Assembly (NCBI GenBank): GCA_032718475.1
Contig: JAUCBJ010008523.1
Location: 5,946-69,945 of the forward strand
DNA: 64,000 nucleotides
Source: Nemertoderma westbladi
Taxonomy: Eukaryota > Animalia > Xenacoelomorpha
Reading direction: 5' to 3'
Part shown: positions 1 through 19,500 of the stretch, one piece after another
Position numbering within the stretch: the stretch's first letter is position 1
Layout of the letters: each line of letters starts with the position of its first letter
Translations under genes and position numbers: made by a program
The notes under the pieces: model-generated
Seen by the model: the letters and a program-made list of their open reading frames with translations, nothing else
The model's database searches: none
Told to the model about the DNA's origin: nothing

Positions 1-342
1 TGAGTTAATGAAATATAATTAAATAAGGGAGACAACAACGTAGCCAGTTGTGAGTGAGTTAATGAAATATAATTAAATAAGGGTACAACAACGTAGCCAG
101 TTGTGAGTGAGTTAATGAAATATAATTAAATAAGGGAGAAAACAACGTAGCCAGTTGTGAGTGAGTTAATGAAATATAATTAAATAAGGGAGACAACAAC
201 GTAGCCAGTTGTGAGTGAGTTAATGAAATATAATTAAATAAGGAGATCAACAACGTAGCCAGTTGTGAGTGTGTTAATGAAATATAATTAAATAAGGAGA
301 CAACAACGTAGCCAGTTGTGAGTGAGTTAATGAAATATAATT
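1..342. repeat. ~54-bp tandem repeat, ~6 copies, running off the window start
   Basis: Unit TGAGTTAATGAAATATAATTAAATAAGGGAGACAACAACGTAGCCAGTTGTGAG recurs at 52-55 bp spacing. Confidence 0.95.
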
Positions 343-356
343 ATTATATATATATA

Positions 357-7855
<7,499 letters not shown>

Positions 7856-8662
7856 TAATCCAAGCAGTAGACAATCTCGCGTTTGAATTTAACTTTACAA
7901 CCCAGCCAAGTGAATGTCCTGGACCGTAATTGGTTGTATTCTAGCTTGTTGACCAGGGGAACTATCCAACCAGGGATTATCTTTTCTACCAGTTAGGCTA
8001 ATAAAGATATTATAATAAAAAAATGTGACTATGATATGAAAAACACACCATAGCACAAAAAGTATAAATGATGAAAAAAATATTTTGTTACCATCAGAAA
8101 GCCAATTAAATTCTAGGAAAAGTCAATGAATTTCATAATAATACATAAAAATCATCATGATGAATTTCTCAAAATTAAAAGTGTGGAATAGGGTTAAATA
8201 AAGTATGATAAAGATTGTATAAAAATAAGGTGGGGTTTGGGTTGGGGATGTCCCTTCTTATCTAAAATTACACTTTATTACGGGCAAGGTGTAATAATAT
8301 ATTATATTATAATAAGCCTTTGTTGTATGCCTAAGTAATGGGACTGTGTGGCAGACATAAAAATGAAAGTTTTTATTATACATTACCGGTTGTATTCTCT
8401 TACAGTTACTTTACTGCATTGCAGTACCGGTACGCCTATTGGTACCATTATAGTTTGTTTATTTAAGTAGAACTACCAGTTGGTTAAAACGCCATTGATA
8501 CAAACCAATAACAAACACCCTAACAGATAACTGAATACATAATATTATTAAGCTAATTGCTGGTTTATTAGTTTATTTTTATGTTACATTATTACTGGAA
8601 CCAAACTGCACCTAAAACTATCCGACTACAGGGACTATGTTGTAATAACTTCTGATTTCCAG

Positions 8663-8771
8663 TGGTCTATATTCTGATACCCCTATTAGACTAATTTTAA
8701 TTTCGTTCCCATGGTACCCAATATTGGCAGGAGGCAGTGAAGGTAATGTTCAGTTAATCCGCATCATATCG
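8663..8771 (+). CDS. Candidate internal exon GLYSDTPIRLILISFPWYPILAGGSEGNVQLIRIIS
   Basis: TTTCCAG acceptor, an open 36-codon frame and a G|GTAAGT donor, in otherwise AT-rich DNA. Product not recognised. Confidence 0.35.
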
Positions 8772-9252
8772 GTAAGTAAATTATTAATTAAATAAAATAA
8801 AATTAAATAATAATAATTAATGTAATTAATTCATTTAAGTATTATAATGATTATTACTTACTATGGTACGTGGTACGGTACTGAATTAGACCCTAGGCCT
8901 AATTAATTAATTTAACGTGTTTTAATAAAAGAGGTCTATTAATTAATTACCTGTAATAATAATTATTATTATTATGTTTAATTTCGTGCAGGAACATTAA
9001 TGTAAACATTATGTAGCACCGCACAACTCTACTGTAGGCTACTACTGTATCTATAAACTAATATAAAGCAACTACAGTACCTAGCAGCTAGCACAATGTA
9101 CTGTAAGAATGAGACGTTATTAATGGGCGCACCCAAAAAAAGAAAAGGAATGTAGAAACTATCGGCCATAAGTTAATAATGAAATACCAAAGTGTTCATA
9201 AATTGTATAGATTGAAAAGAGAATAGAGTACAAATTACTAATTGGATATAGG

Positions 9253-9640
9253 TTAGTTTTCATAGACCCCTAAAACAATATTCCAGCGAGATCTAAGCGT
9301 AGACATACCAATAGAGTTACAGGTACGAAGTATAGGATTTGAAGATATTGAAACACGATGTAACAGTGAAAAAATAGCAGTACGACAAATTGATTTAAAA
9401 GTATTGATACGGTTCAAACAAAATAAAGTGTTGGCGTCTTCGGTACTACAATATGAAAATAATTGACGGAAAGCGTAATTGTAAGCTACCTTTAATCTAC
9501 GTAAGGATTCAACACGAAACACAGACCATAGAGAACAACAGTATAAGTTATAACAATAAGTTTTGAAAATAATGGATTTTATAGGTAAAGAGCATTTATT
9601 AAACGTTCTGGCTAATTGATTACCACGACAATATAATAAT
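9253..9640 (-). mobile_element. 3' fragment of a non-LTR retrotransposon ORF2 (CR1/L2-group-like C-terminus)
   Basis: LYCRGNQLARTFNKCS..IFKTYCYNLYCCSLW..LRRLKVAYNYAFRQLF..SSNPIL resembles the post-RT region of LINE ORF2 proteins. Confidence 0.75.
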
Positions 9641-9917
9641 ATGCCGGTCTTCTTTACAGAAATCCACCGCTTGGATGCCGCTCCCCGTTCCTTCAATCCG
9701 GTTGATAACCTCCCCAGTTACAGAATTTAGAATATAAATCAACCCGTTCACCCCAACAGCAGCGATTCTGGATCCGTTCGGACTCAATACGATCTCCCGG
9801 ACCTCAGGAGTTGCTTCCTGTCTCCACAAGGTCTCCCCTGTACCAACACCGAAGCGATGGATCCCTCCTCCCATATCTACCGACACCACTGACTCCCCAT
9901 CCGGACCCCAACCACCG
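9620..9917 (-). CDS. Orphan exon encoding about two WD40/beta-propeller blades
   Basis: After a TTTTTTTCAAG acceptor: GGWGPDGESVVSVDMGGGIHRFGVGTGETLWRQEATPEVREIVLSPNGSRIAAVGVNGLIYILNSVTGEVINRIEGTGSGIQAVDFCKEDRHII. The W/S-P-D/N-G and TGE motifs recur about 41 aa apart. Confidence 0.7.
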
Positions 9918-9924
9918 CTTGAAA

Positions 9925-10193
9925 AAAAGTGGGGAGAAAAGAAGTGGGGGTGTTGGGGACGCTAGCCCCCAAGAAAAGAAGTGGGGGTGTTGGGGACGAT
10001 AGCCCCCAAGGAAAGAAGTGGGGGTGTTGGGGACGATAGCCCCCAAGAAAAGAAGTGGGGGTGTTGGGGACGATAGCCCCCAAGAAAAGAAGTGGGGGTG
10101 TTGGGGACGATAGCCCCCAAGAAAAGAAGTGGGGGTGTTGGGGACGATAGCCCCCAAGAAAAGAAGTGGGGGTGTTGGGGGGGACGATAGCCC
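9925..10193. repeat. 37-bp G-rich minisatellite, array 1 (~7 units)
   Basis: Unit AAGAAAAGAAGTGGGGGTGTTGGGGACGATAGCCCCC. Confidence 0.97.
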
Positions 10194-10664
10194 TTATGTT
10201 ATACTGTTACCCTTTACTCATAGCCATAGATCATTTTAGGCATATTGATTCTGAAAAAACGGAGAAGACCCTATAATAGTCAATGTGGGCCAGTCTGAAT
10301 GAATACAAAGGTTTTCTTCACATAATGTTAATATTGGTGCTTTAACGTACTTGTAGCTCATTCACATTTGACTTAAGACATATATATGTGAAGTCATTGC
10401 ATTTTACTCATAGCCAGACATCTATCATATTAAAGTTATTAATCAAACGGCAAGCCGACTTCAGGGCGCGACAATGCATTTCGTGCACTGACTGAGAAAT
10501 AAAGGAGTTTCTTTACGCTCGACTCTATCTGTTTTATTATACAATCCAATTAATTTCTCCCACTAGGGGCATCATCAGGGAAATAAACTAAAAAAACAGA
10601 AATACCGCACAAGGTATGTAAGATGAGGAAGACTTGTAAGTATGGCTTGGAGTATATTATATAA

Positions 10665-11208
10665 GGGGTCATCCATAAAAGACGTCCGAGAAAATCCCGA
10701 ATTTTTGGACCCCCCCCTCCCCCCTGTCCGCGAATGTCCGGTTTTTGACCCCCCCCCCCCCTCCCCCCTATTCGGACGTCCGAATTTTAGAAAATAAAAC
10801 AGAAAACAAATACACGAATTATTGCTGTACATTGTACAAATAGGGGGGCGACTACTAATATTAACAGTACTAATATATATAGAAAACTATATAAAATACT
10901 GTAGTTTACGAGTCAGCTAGGAATGATTCATCCCATCAAGGGTTAGGTTGGCCGTCTCGCCAGATTCTGAAACTTGAAACTGAAACGTTTACTTTCACTT
11001 TAAATATGCGGGGCCTAGGTGCCCATCCCAAAGTTAAGTTTAGACTACATTTGGCCATATGGGCTGCAAAGTTGACAATAAAAAATTTAAAAACAGACGT
11101 CCGAATTTTGCTACACCCCCCCCCCCCCCCCCCCTGTCCGTAAATGTCCGGATTTGGCCGACCCCCCTCCCCCCCCCTCTAGCTCGGACGTCTTTTATGG
11201 ATGACCCC
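10665..11208. mobile_element. PIF/Harbinger (Tourist-like) MITE
   Basis: Perfect 26-bp TIR GGGGTCATCCATAAAAGACGTCCGAG and 3-bp TAA TSD (10662-10664, 11209-11211). Empty sites are present in the paralogous copies near 20300 and 43560. Confidence 0.92.
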
Positions 11209-11603
11209 TAAGCCAAAAATGGCCAATTAGAATAAATTTGAATAAATCATGTTCGATTATAAATTATTCAAATTATGTATTTATATTTATTTTATTTATT
11301 ATTATTTATGTATTTTGTTATATTTACCTCACCGGCTCGGCACTCGGTAAATACCTGGATAAGGTAGAAATTAGCAGAAATAATCAGAAAGCGGGAATTT
11401 GTAAATAACACATACAATGCAAAAAATTATAAAGTCACACACACATCGCAACCACCCCTCCGACGCCCCTTAGCAGATGTTTTGTAATTTTCATTTAGTG
11501 TGTGAAAAAAACATGACACAAACTCTGCAAATTGTTGATGTGAAGATATAATGAATTTTACAGTTAGTAAAATTAAAAATTCAGTGTGTGAAAGAACCAT
11601 GGC

Positions 11604-11605
<2 letters not shown>

Positions 11606-11651
<46 letters not shown>
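11606..11651. repeat. (GT)n microsatellite
   Basis: Pure GT run. Confidence 0.98.
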
Positions 11652-11653
<2 letters not shown>

Positions 11654-12029
11654 GGGGATGGTGCATGTTTTGATCACATCATATGTGTCATGATACCTGT
11701 TATGTTCACAAAAAAAGTTTCTTCTCACGTTTTCTTCACATGGCCGTCAAACGAAAGTAAAAATCTTCTAAGTTATTTTAAAGCTAAATCCAGCCGTGTG
11801 AAGAATACATGATGTTTGCACTCATAAAAACACTCCAATCTATAAATTAGTACGCCCCCTAACGACCAAGGTTATTTCATGGATAACATTTATTTGTTCA
11901 CACATTATCTTCACACGTATATTCACTCGCATTGTATATGTATATATCCTTCACTCGCATTGTATATGATTCAAAACGTTTTATGTTGCTGTGCATTTGA
12001 CATTAAACAGAAAATTATGGTGTTCGACC

Positions 12030-12240
12030 ACTCCCCTCCCCCGGACAGTCTCCCCCCCCCCCCCCCCCCCGTTTAACTAGGACATTTCCCCCGGACACTT
12101 TCTCCCCAGACACTTCCCCTCCTGACACTTATCCCCCGGACAGTTTCCCCTGTTAAAGTAGGACACTTCCCCCCCGGACACTCCCCCCCCCCCCAGACAC
12201 TTCGCCCCGGACACTCCCCCCCTCCCCCCCCCCCCCACGA
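12030..12240. repeat. C-rich GGACAYTTCCCCC short-repeat cluster, probably the subterminal end of a DNA transposon
   Basis: About 9 variants of (G/A)GACA(C/T)TT-CCCCC. No partner end is visible. Confidence 0.45.
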
Positions 12241-12504
12241 CTGTTCTTAACTTCGCACATTCGTATTTTTTATTTTTTAAGGTAAACGGACCGCTTGTAT
12301 CCAGACAAGTTGTATCCAATTTTCCTTTCGTAGCTCAGAAAGTGATCTTTTGCAACCCGATTTTACATTTTATATCCAAGTTTTATTTAAGGATTTTATC
12401 AATGCAATTACATCGTATTGTTTGCTAATCTTTAAACAATTAATTAGATGACCTATAAATTCCATCTCCCGAATGATATACTGTTTTTATTAACTATAGA
12501 ATTA

Positions 12505-13133
12505 TTTAACTATTTACATACTTGTGTGTAAAGTAGCACTTTACAGTGTGATGATCCGAGTGGCTTTGTTACACGAACGTATGTTAGTAAGTGAGTGAAA
12601 ATAAAGCCACGGGGATCAGAACACTGTAAAGTACTTTGCAACAAGTATGTATGTAGTTTTATTTCAAAATTTTAACATTACGAAATGATTGTATATATGT
12701 TATAAGTGATAGAAACTGCACAAATTATATTAGTTGCTGTACAAATAAATATAAAAATAACATAAATTATGTTATAAATCAGTTAGCTTATATTTATCGC
12801 GGCGTTTTGAGCCATGTTATAATAATATGGGTAGGCCCTACTGGTTATTAATAGCTATACCCCGCCTACCGGAGGTAATGCAGTAGGACTATCTGGCTGT
12901 CAAGCAAATTTCCACTTATTGTTTACGTGGTAACCCATGACGGCGTTAAGTAATGTCCGGGGGGTGGACATTACTTAACGTCGTCATGCGTCGTCACGTA
13001 AACAATAACACCAAATACAATACTAAATGTACAGGCCAATACAATGCTGTAATGTCTTCAAAAGTTGTAAAGTTGTAAATAACAACTCACTGTTAATACT
13101 AACGGCGTTGAGTAATGTTACAATTTTGGAATA
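12505..13133. mobile_element. Palindrome-rich non-autonomous element (Crypton-like by architecture, tentative)
   Basis: Imperfect ~150-bp palindrome at 12505-12660 and a 93-bp palindrome at 12916-13008. TTATTTCAAAATTTTAACATTA (~12659) is inverted against TAATGTTACAATTTTGGAATAA (~13113-13134). Confidence 0.5.
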
Positions 13134-13159
13134 ATAATAATTAATAGATTTAATTACAG

Positions 13160-13300
13160 GTATTATTAGGTAATAGTCTTCTTCGAGGAATGTTATTTAA
13201 TGATGAATATTATTGTTGCAATCAAAATTATACCTCTCCAGGGAAAAATCGACATGCGTTGATATGTATTCTGTGTTTAGCATTACATATTGATAAATGA
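13160..13300 (+). CDS. Candidate terminal exon VLLGNSLLRGMLFNDEYYCCNQNYTSPGKNRHALICILCLALHIDK*
   Basis: TAATTACAG|G acceptor and 46 open codons. It is phase-compatible with the donor at 8771. Confidence 0.2.
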   Translation, partial: VLLGNSLLRGMLFNDEYYCCNQNYTSPGKNRHALICILCLALHIDK

Positions 13301-13507
13301 ATTAAATTTCCTGGTTACTTGCAATATTTTCAATACGATTTTGTTGAATTATATAATATCGTAGTAATTTATATATAAATTTGGTTAACATTCAATACAG
13401 CTCCTACTTTAGGCTTAGTCAATTTATTATCTGATGATACAAACATGAATTAATTATTTCAAAATGGTATTAAAGTCTTACACCACGGGCACTAAGGGAA
13501 ATGCCGG

Positions 13508-16500
13508 GGTTTGGGGGCGATAGCCCCCAAGAAAAGAAGTGGGAAGTGGGGGTGTTGGGGACGATAGCCCCCAAGAAAAGAAGTGGGGGTGTTGGGGACG
13601 ATAGCCCCCAAGAAAAGAAGTGGGGGTGTTGGCGACAATAGCCCCCAAAAAAAGAAGTGGGGGTGTTGGGGACGATAGCCCCCAAGAAAAGAAGTGGGGG
13701 TGTTGGGGACGATATCCCCCAAGAAAAGAAGTGGGGGTGTTGGGGACGATAGCCCCCAAGAAATGAAGTGGGGGTGTTGGGGACGATAGCCCCCAAGAAA
13801 AGAAGTGGGGGTGTTGGGGACGATAGCCCCCAAGAAAAGAAGTGGGGGTGTTGGCGACGATAGCCCCCAAGAAAAGAAGTGGGGGTGTTGGGGACGATAG
13901 CCCCCAAGAAAAGAAGTGGGGGTGTTGGGGACGATATCCCCTAAGAAAAGAAGTGGGGGTGTTGGGGACGATAGCCCCCAAGAAAAGAAGTGGGGGTGTT
14001 GGGGACGATAGCCCCCAAGAAAAGAAGTGGGGGTGTTGGCGACGATAGCCCCCAAGAAAAGAAGTGGGGGTGTTGGGGACGATAGCCCCCAAGAAGAAGA
14101 AGTGGGGGTGTTGGGGACGATAGCCCCCAAGAAAAGAAGTGGGGGTGTTGGGGACGATAGCCCCCAAGAAAAGAAGTGGGGGTGTTGGGGACGATATCCC
14201 CCAAGAAAAGAAGTGGGGGTGTTGGGGACGATAGCCCCCAAGAAAAGAAGTGGGGGTGTTGGGGACGATAGCCCACAAGAAAAGAAGTGGGGGTGTTGGC
14301 GACGATAGCCCCCAAGAAAAGAAGTGGGGGTGTTGGGGACGATAGCCCCCAAGAAAAGAAGTGGGGGTGTTGGGGACGATAGCCCCCAAGAAATGAAGTG
14401 GGGGTGTTGGGGACGATAGCCCCCAAGAAAAGAAGTGGGGGTGTTGGGGACGATAGCCCCCAAGAAAAGAAGTGGGGGTGTTGGCGACGATAGCCCCCAA
14501 GAAAAGAAGTGGGGGTGTTGGGGACGATAGCCCCCAAGAAAAGAAGTGGGGGTGTTGGGGACGATTGCCCCCAAGAAAAGAAGTGGGGGTGTTGGGGACG
14601 ATAGCCCCCAAGAAATGAAGTGGGGGTGTTGGGGACGATAGCCCCCAAGAAAAGAAGTGGGGGTGTTGGGGACGATAGCCCCCAAGAAAAGAAGTGGGGG
14701 TGTTGGGGACGATAGCCCCCAAGAAAAGAAGTGGGGGTGTTGGGGACGATAGCCCCCAAGAAAAGAAGTGGGGGTGTTGGGGACGATATCCCCCAAGAAA
14801 AGAAGTGGTGGTGTTGGGGACGATATCCCCCAAGAAAAGAAGTGGGGGTGTTGGGGACGATAGCCCCCAAGAAATGAAGTGGGGTGTTGGGGACGATAGC
14901 CCCCAAGAAAAGAAGTGGGTGTGTTGGGGACAATAACCCCCAAGAAAAGAAGTGGGGGTGTTGGCGACGATAGCCCCCAAGAAAAGAAGTGGGGGTGTTT
15001 GGGACGATAGCCCCCAAGAAAAGAAGTGGGGGTGTTGGGGACGATAGCCCCCAAGAAAAGAAGTGGGGGTGTTGGGGACGATAGCCCCCAAGAAAAGAAG
15101 TGGGGGTGTTGGGGACGATAGCCCACAAGAAAAGAAGTGGGGGTGTTGGGGACGATAGCCCCCAAGAAAAGAAGTGGGGGTGTTGGGGACGATAGCCCCC
15201 AAGAAAAGAAGTGGGGGTGTTGGGGACGATAGCCCCCAAGAAAAGAAGTGGGGGTGTTGGGGACGATATCCCCCAAGAAAAGAAGTGGGGGTGTTGGGGA
15301 CGATAGCCCCCAAGAAAAGAAGTGGGGGTGTTGGGGACGATAGCCCACAAGAAAAGAAGTGGGGGTGTTGGGGACGATAGCCCCCAAGAAAATAAGTGGG
15401 GGTGTTGGGGACGATAGCCCACAAGAAAAGAAGTGGGGGTGTTGGGGACGATAGCCCCCAAGAAAAGAAGTGGGGGTGTTGGGGACGATATCCCCCAAGA
15501 AAAGAAGTGGGAGTGTTGGGGACGATAGCCCCCGAGAAAAGAAGTGGGGGTGTTGGGGACGATAGCCCACAAGAAAAGAAGTGGGGGTGTTGGGAACGAT
15601 AGCCCCCAAGAAAAGAAGTGGGGGTGTTGGGGACGATAGCCCCCAAGAAAAGAAGTGGGGGTGTTGGGGACGATAGCCCCCAAGAAAAGAAGTGGGGGTG
15701 TTGGGGACGATAGCCCCCAAGAAAAGAAGTGGGGGTGTTGGGGACGATAGCCCCCAAGAAAAGAAGTGGGGGTGTTGGGGACGATAGCCCCCAAGAAAAG
15801 AAGTGGGGGTGTTGGGGACGATAGCCCCCAAGAAAAGAAGTGGGGGTGTTGGGGACGATAGCCCCCAAGAAAAGAAGTGGGGGTGTTGGCGACGATAGCC
15901 CCCAAGAAAAGAAGTGGGGGTGTTGGGGACGATAGCCCCCAAGAAAAGAAGTGGGGGTGTTGGCGACGATAGCCCCCAAGAAAAGAAGTGGGGGTGTTGG
16001 GGACGATATCCCCCAAGAAAAGAAGTGGGGGTGTTGGGGACGATAGCCCCCAAGAAATGAAGTGGGGTGTTGGGGACGATAGCCCCCAAGAAAAGAAGTG
16101 GGTGTGTTGGGGACAATAACCCCCAAGAAAAGAAGTGGGGGTGTTGGCGACGATAGCCCCCAAGAAAAGAAGTGGGGGTGTTTGGGACGATAGCCCCCAA
16201 GAAAAGAAGTGGGGGTGTTTGGGACGATAGCCCCCAAGAAAAGAAGTGGGGGTGTTGGGGACGATAGCCCCCAAGAAAAGAAGTGGGTGTGTTGGGGACG
16301 ATAGCCCACAAGAAAAGAAGTGGAGGTGTTGGGGACGATAGCCCCCAAGAAAATAAGTGGGGGTGTTGGGGACGATATCCCCCAAGAAAAGAAGTGGGGG
16401 TGTTGGGGACGATAGCCCCCAAGAAAAGAAGTGGGGGTGTTGGGGACGATAGCCCACAAGAAAAGAAGTGGGGGTGTTGGGGACGATAGCCCCCAAGAAA

Positions 16501-19500
16501 ATAAGTGGGGGTGTTGGGGACGATAGCCCACAAGAAAAGAAGTGGGGGTGTTGGGGACGATAGCCCCCAAGAAAAGAAGTGGGGGTGTTGGGGACGATAT
16601 CCCCCAAGAAAAGAAGTGGGAGTGTTGGGGACGATAGCCCCCGAGAAAAGAAGTGGGGGTGTAGGGGACGATAGAGCACAAGAAAAGAAGTGGGGGTGTT
16701 GGGAACGATAGCCCCCAAGAAAAGAAGTGGGGGTGTTGGGGACGATAGCCCCCAAGAAAAGAAGTGGGGGTGTTGGGGACGATAGCCCCCAAGAAAAGAA
16801 GTGGAGTGTTGGGGACGATAGCCCCCAAGAAAAGAAGTGGGGGTGTTGGGAACGATAGCCCCCAAGAAAAGAAGTGGGGGTGTTGGGGACGATAGCCCCC
16901 AAGAAAAGAAGTGGGAGTGTTGGGGACGATAGCCCCCAAGAAAAGAAGTGGGGGTGTTGGGAACGATAGCCCCCAAGAAAAGAAGTGGGGGTGTTGGGGA
17001 CGATAGCCCCCAAGAAAAGAAGTGGGGGTGTTGGGGACGATATCCCCCAAGAAAAGAAGTGGGGGTGTTGGGGACGATAGCCCCCAAGAAATGGAGTGGG
17101 GGTGTTGGGGACGATAGCCCCCAAGAAAAGAAGTGGGGGTGTTGGCGACGATAGCCCCCAAGAAAAGAAGTGGGGGTGTTGGGGACGATAGCCCCCAAGA
17201 AAAGAAGTTGGGGTGTTGGGGACAATATCCCCCAAGAAAAGAAGTAGGGGTATTGGGGACGATAGCCCCCATGAAAAGAAGTGGGGGTGTTGGGGACGAT
17301 ATCCCCTAAGAAAATAAGTGGGGGTGTTGGGGACGATAGCCCCCAAGAAAATAAGTGGGGGTGTTGGGGACGATAGCCCACAAAAAATAAGTGGGGGTGT
17401 TGGGGACAATAGCCCCCAAGAAAAGAAGTGGGGGTGTTGGGGACGATAGCCCCCAAGAAAAGAAGTGGGGGTGTTGGGGACGATAGCCCCCAAGAAAAGA
17501 AGTGGGGGTGTTGGGGACGATAGCCCCCAAGAAAAGAAGTGGGGGTGTTGGGGACGATAGCCCACAAGAAAAGAAGTGGGGGTGTTGGGGACGATAGCCC
17601 CCAAAAAAAGAAGTGGGGGTGTTGGGGACGATAGGCCCCAAGAAAAGAAGTGGGGGTGTTGGGGACGATAGCCCCCAAGAAAAGAAGTGGGGGTGTTGGG
17701 GACGATAGCCCCCAAGAAAAGAAGTGGGGGTGTTGGCGACGATAGCCCCCAAGAAAAGAAGTGGGGGTGTTGGGGACGATAGCCCCCAAGAAAAGAAGTG
17801 GGGGTGTTGGGGACGATTGCCCCCAAGAAAAGAAGTGGGGGTGTTGGGGACGATAGCCCCCAAGAAAAGAAGTGGGGGTGTTGGGGACGATAGCCCCCAA
17901 GAAAAGAAGTGGGGGTGTTGGGGACGATAGCCCCCAAGAAAAGAAGTGGGGGTGTTGGGGACGATAGCCCCCAAGAAAAGAAGTAGGGGTGTTGGGGACG
18001 ATAGCCCCCAAGAAAAGAAGTGGGGGTGTTGGCGACGATAGCCCCCAAGAAAAGAAGTGGGGGTGTTGGGGACGATAGCCCCCAAGAAAAGAAGTGGGGG
18101 TGTTGGGGACGATAGCCCCCAAGAAAAGAAGTGGGGGTGTTGGGGACGATAGCCCACAAGAAAAGAAGTGGGGGTGTTGGGGACGATAGCCCCCAAGAAA
18201 AGAAGTGGGGGTGTTGGGGACGATAGGCCCCAAGAAAAGAAGTGGGGGTGTTGGGGACGATAGCCCCCAAGAAAAGAAGTGGGGGTGTTGGGGACGATAG
18301 CCCCCAAGAAAAGAAGTGGGGGTGTTGGCGACGATAGCCCCCAAGAAAAGAAGTGGGGGTGTTGGGGACGATAGCCCCCAAGAAAAGAAGTGGGGGTGTT
18401 GGGGACGATTGCCCCCAAGAAAAGAAGTGGGGGTGTTGGGGACGATAGCCCCCAAGAAAAGAAGTGGGGGTGTTGGGGACGATAGCCCCCAAGAAAAGAA
18501 GTGGGGGTGTTGGGGACGATAGCCCCCAAGAAAAGAAGTGGGGGTGTTGGGGACGATAGCCCCCAAGAAAAGAAGTAGGGGTGTTGGGGACGTTAGCCCC
18601 CAAGAAAAGAAGTGGGGGTGTTGGCGACGATAGCCCCCAAGAAAAGAAGTGGGGGTGTTGGGGACGATAGCCCCCAAGAAAAGAAGTGGGGGTGTTGGGG
18701 ACGATAGCCCCCAAGAAAAGAAGTGGGGGTGTTGGCGACGATAGCCCCCAAGAAAAGAAGTGGGGGTGTTGGGGACGATAGCCCCCAAGAAAAGAAGTGG
18801 GGGTGTTGGGGACAATAGCCCCCAAGAAAAGAAGTGGGGGTGTTGGCGACGATATCCCCCAAGAAAAGAAGTGGGGGTGTTGGGGACGATAGCCCCCAAG
18901 AAAAGAAGTGGGGGTGTTGGGGACGATTGCCCCCAAGAAAAGAAGTGGGGGTGTTGGGGACGATAGCCCCCAAGAAAAGAAGTGGGGGTGTTGGCGACGA
19001 TAGCCCCCAAGAAAAGAAGTGGGGGTGTTGGGGACGATATCCCCCAAGAAAAGAAGTGGGGGTGTTGGGGACGATAGCCCCCAAGAAAAGAAGTGGGGGT
19101 GTTGGGGACGATAGCCCCCAAGAAAAGAAGTGGGGTGTTGGGGACGATAGCCCCCAAGAAAAGAAGTGGGGGTGTTGGGGACGATAGCCCCCAAGAAAAG
19201 AAGTGGGGGTGTTGGGGACGATAGCCCCCAAGAAAAGAAGTGGGGGTGTTGGGGACGATAGCCCCCAAGAAAATAAGTGGGGGTGTTGGGGACGATAGCC
19301 CCCAAGAAAATAAGTGGGGGTGTTGGGGACGATAACCCCCAAGAAAAGAAGAGGGGGTGTTGGGGACGATAGCCCCCAAGAAAAGAAGTGGGGGTGTTGG
19401 GGGGGGGGGGGGACGATAGCCCACAAGAAAAGAAGTGGGGGTGTTGGGGACGATAGCCCCCAAGAAAAGAAGTGGGGGTGTTGGGGACGATAGCCCCCAA

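Larger units (their letters stand above)
10194..11651. repeat. Duplicated unique segment following the 37-bp arrays, copy 1 (contains a MITE insertion)
   Basis: Near-identical to 43092-43985 once the MITE is removed. The first ~475 bp also occurs at 19829-20311. Confidence 0.93.

Noticed and set aside
7860-8005. Short open frames on both strands next to the microsatellite end
   Set aside because: Plausible splice or polyA signals exist in both orientations and the peptides are unrecognisable, so no frame can be chosen.
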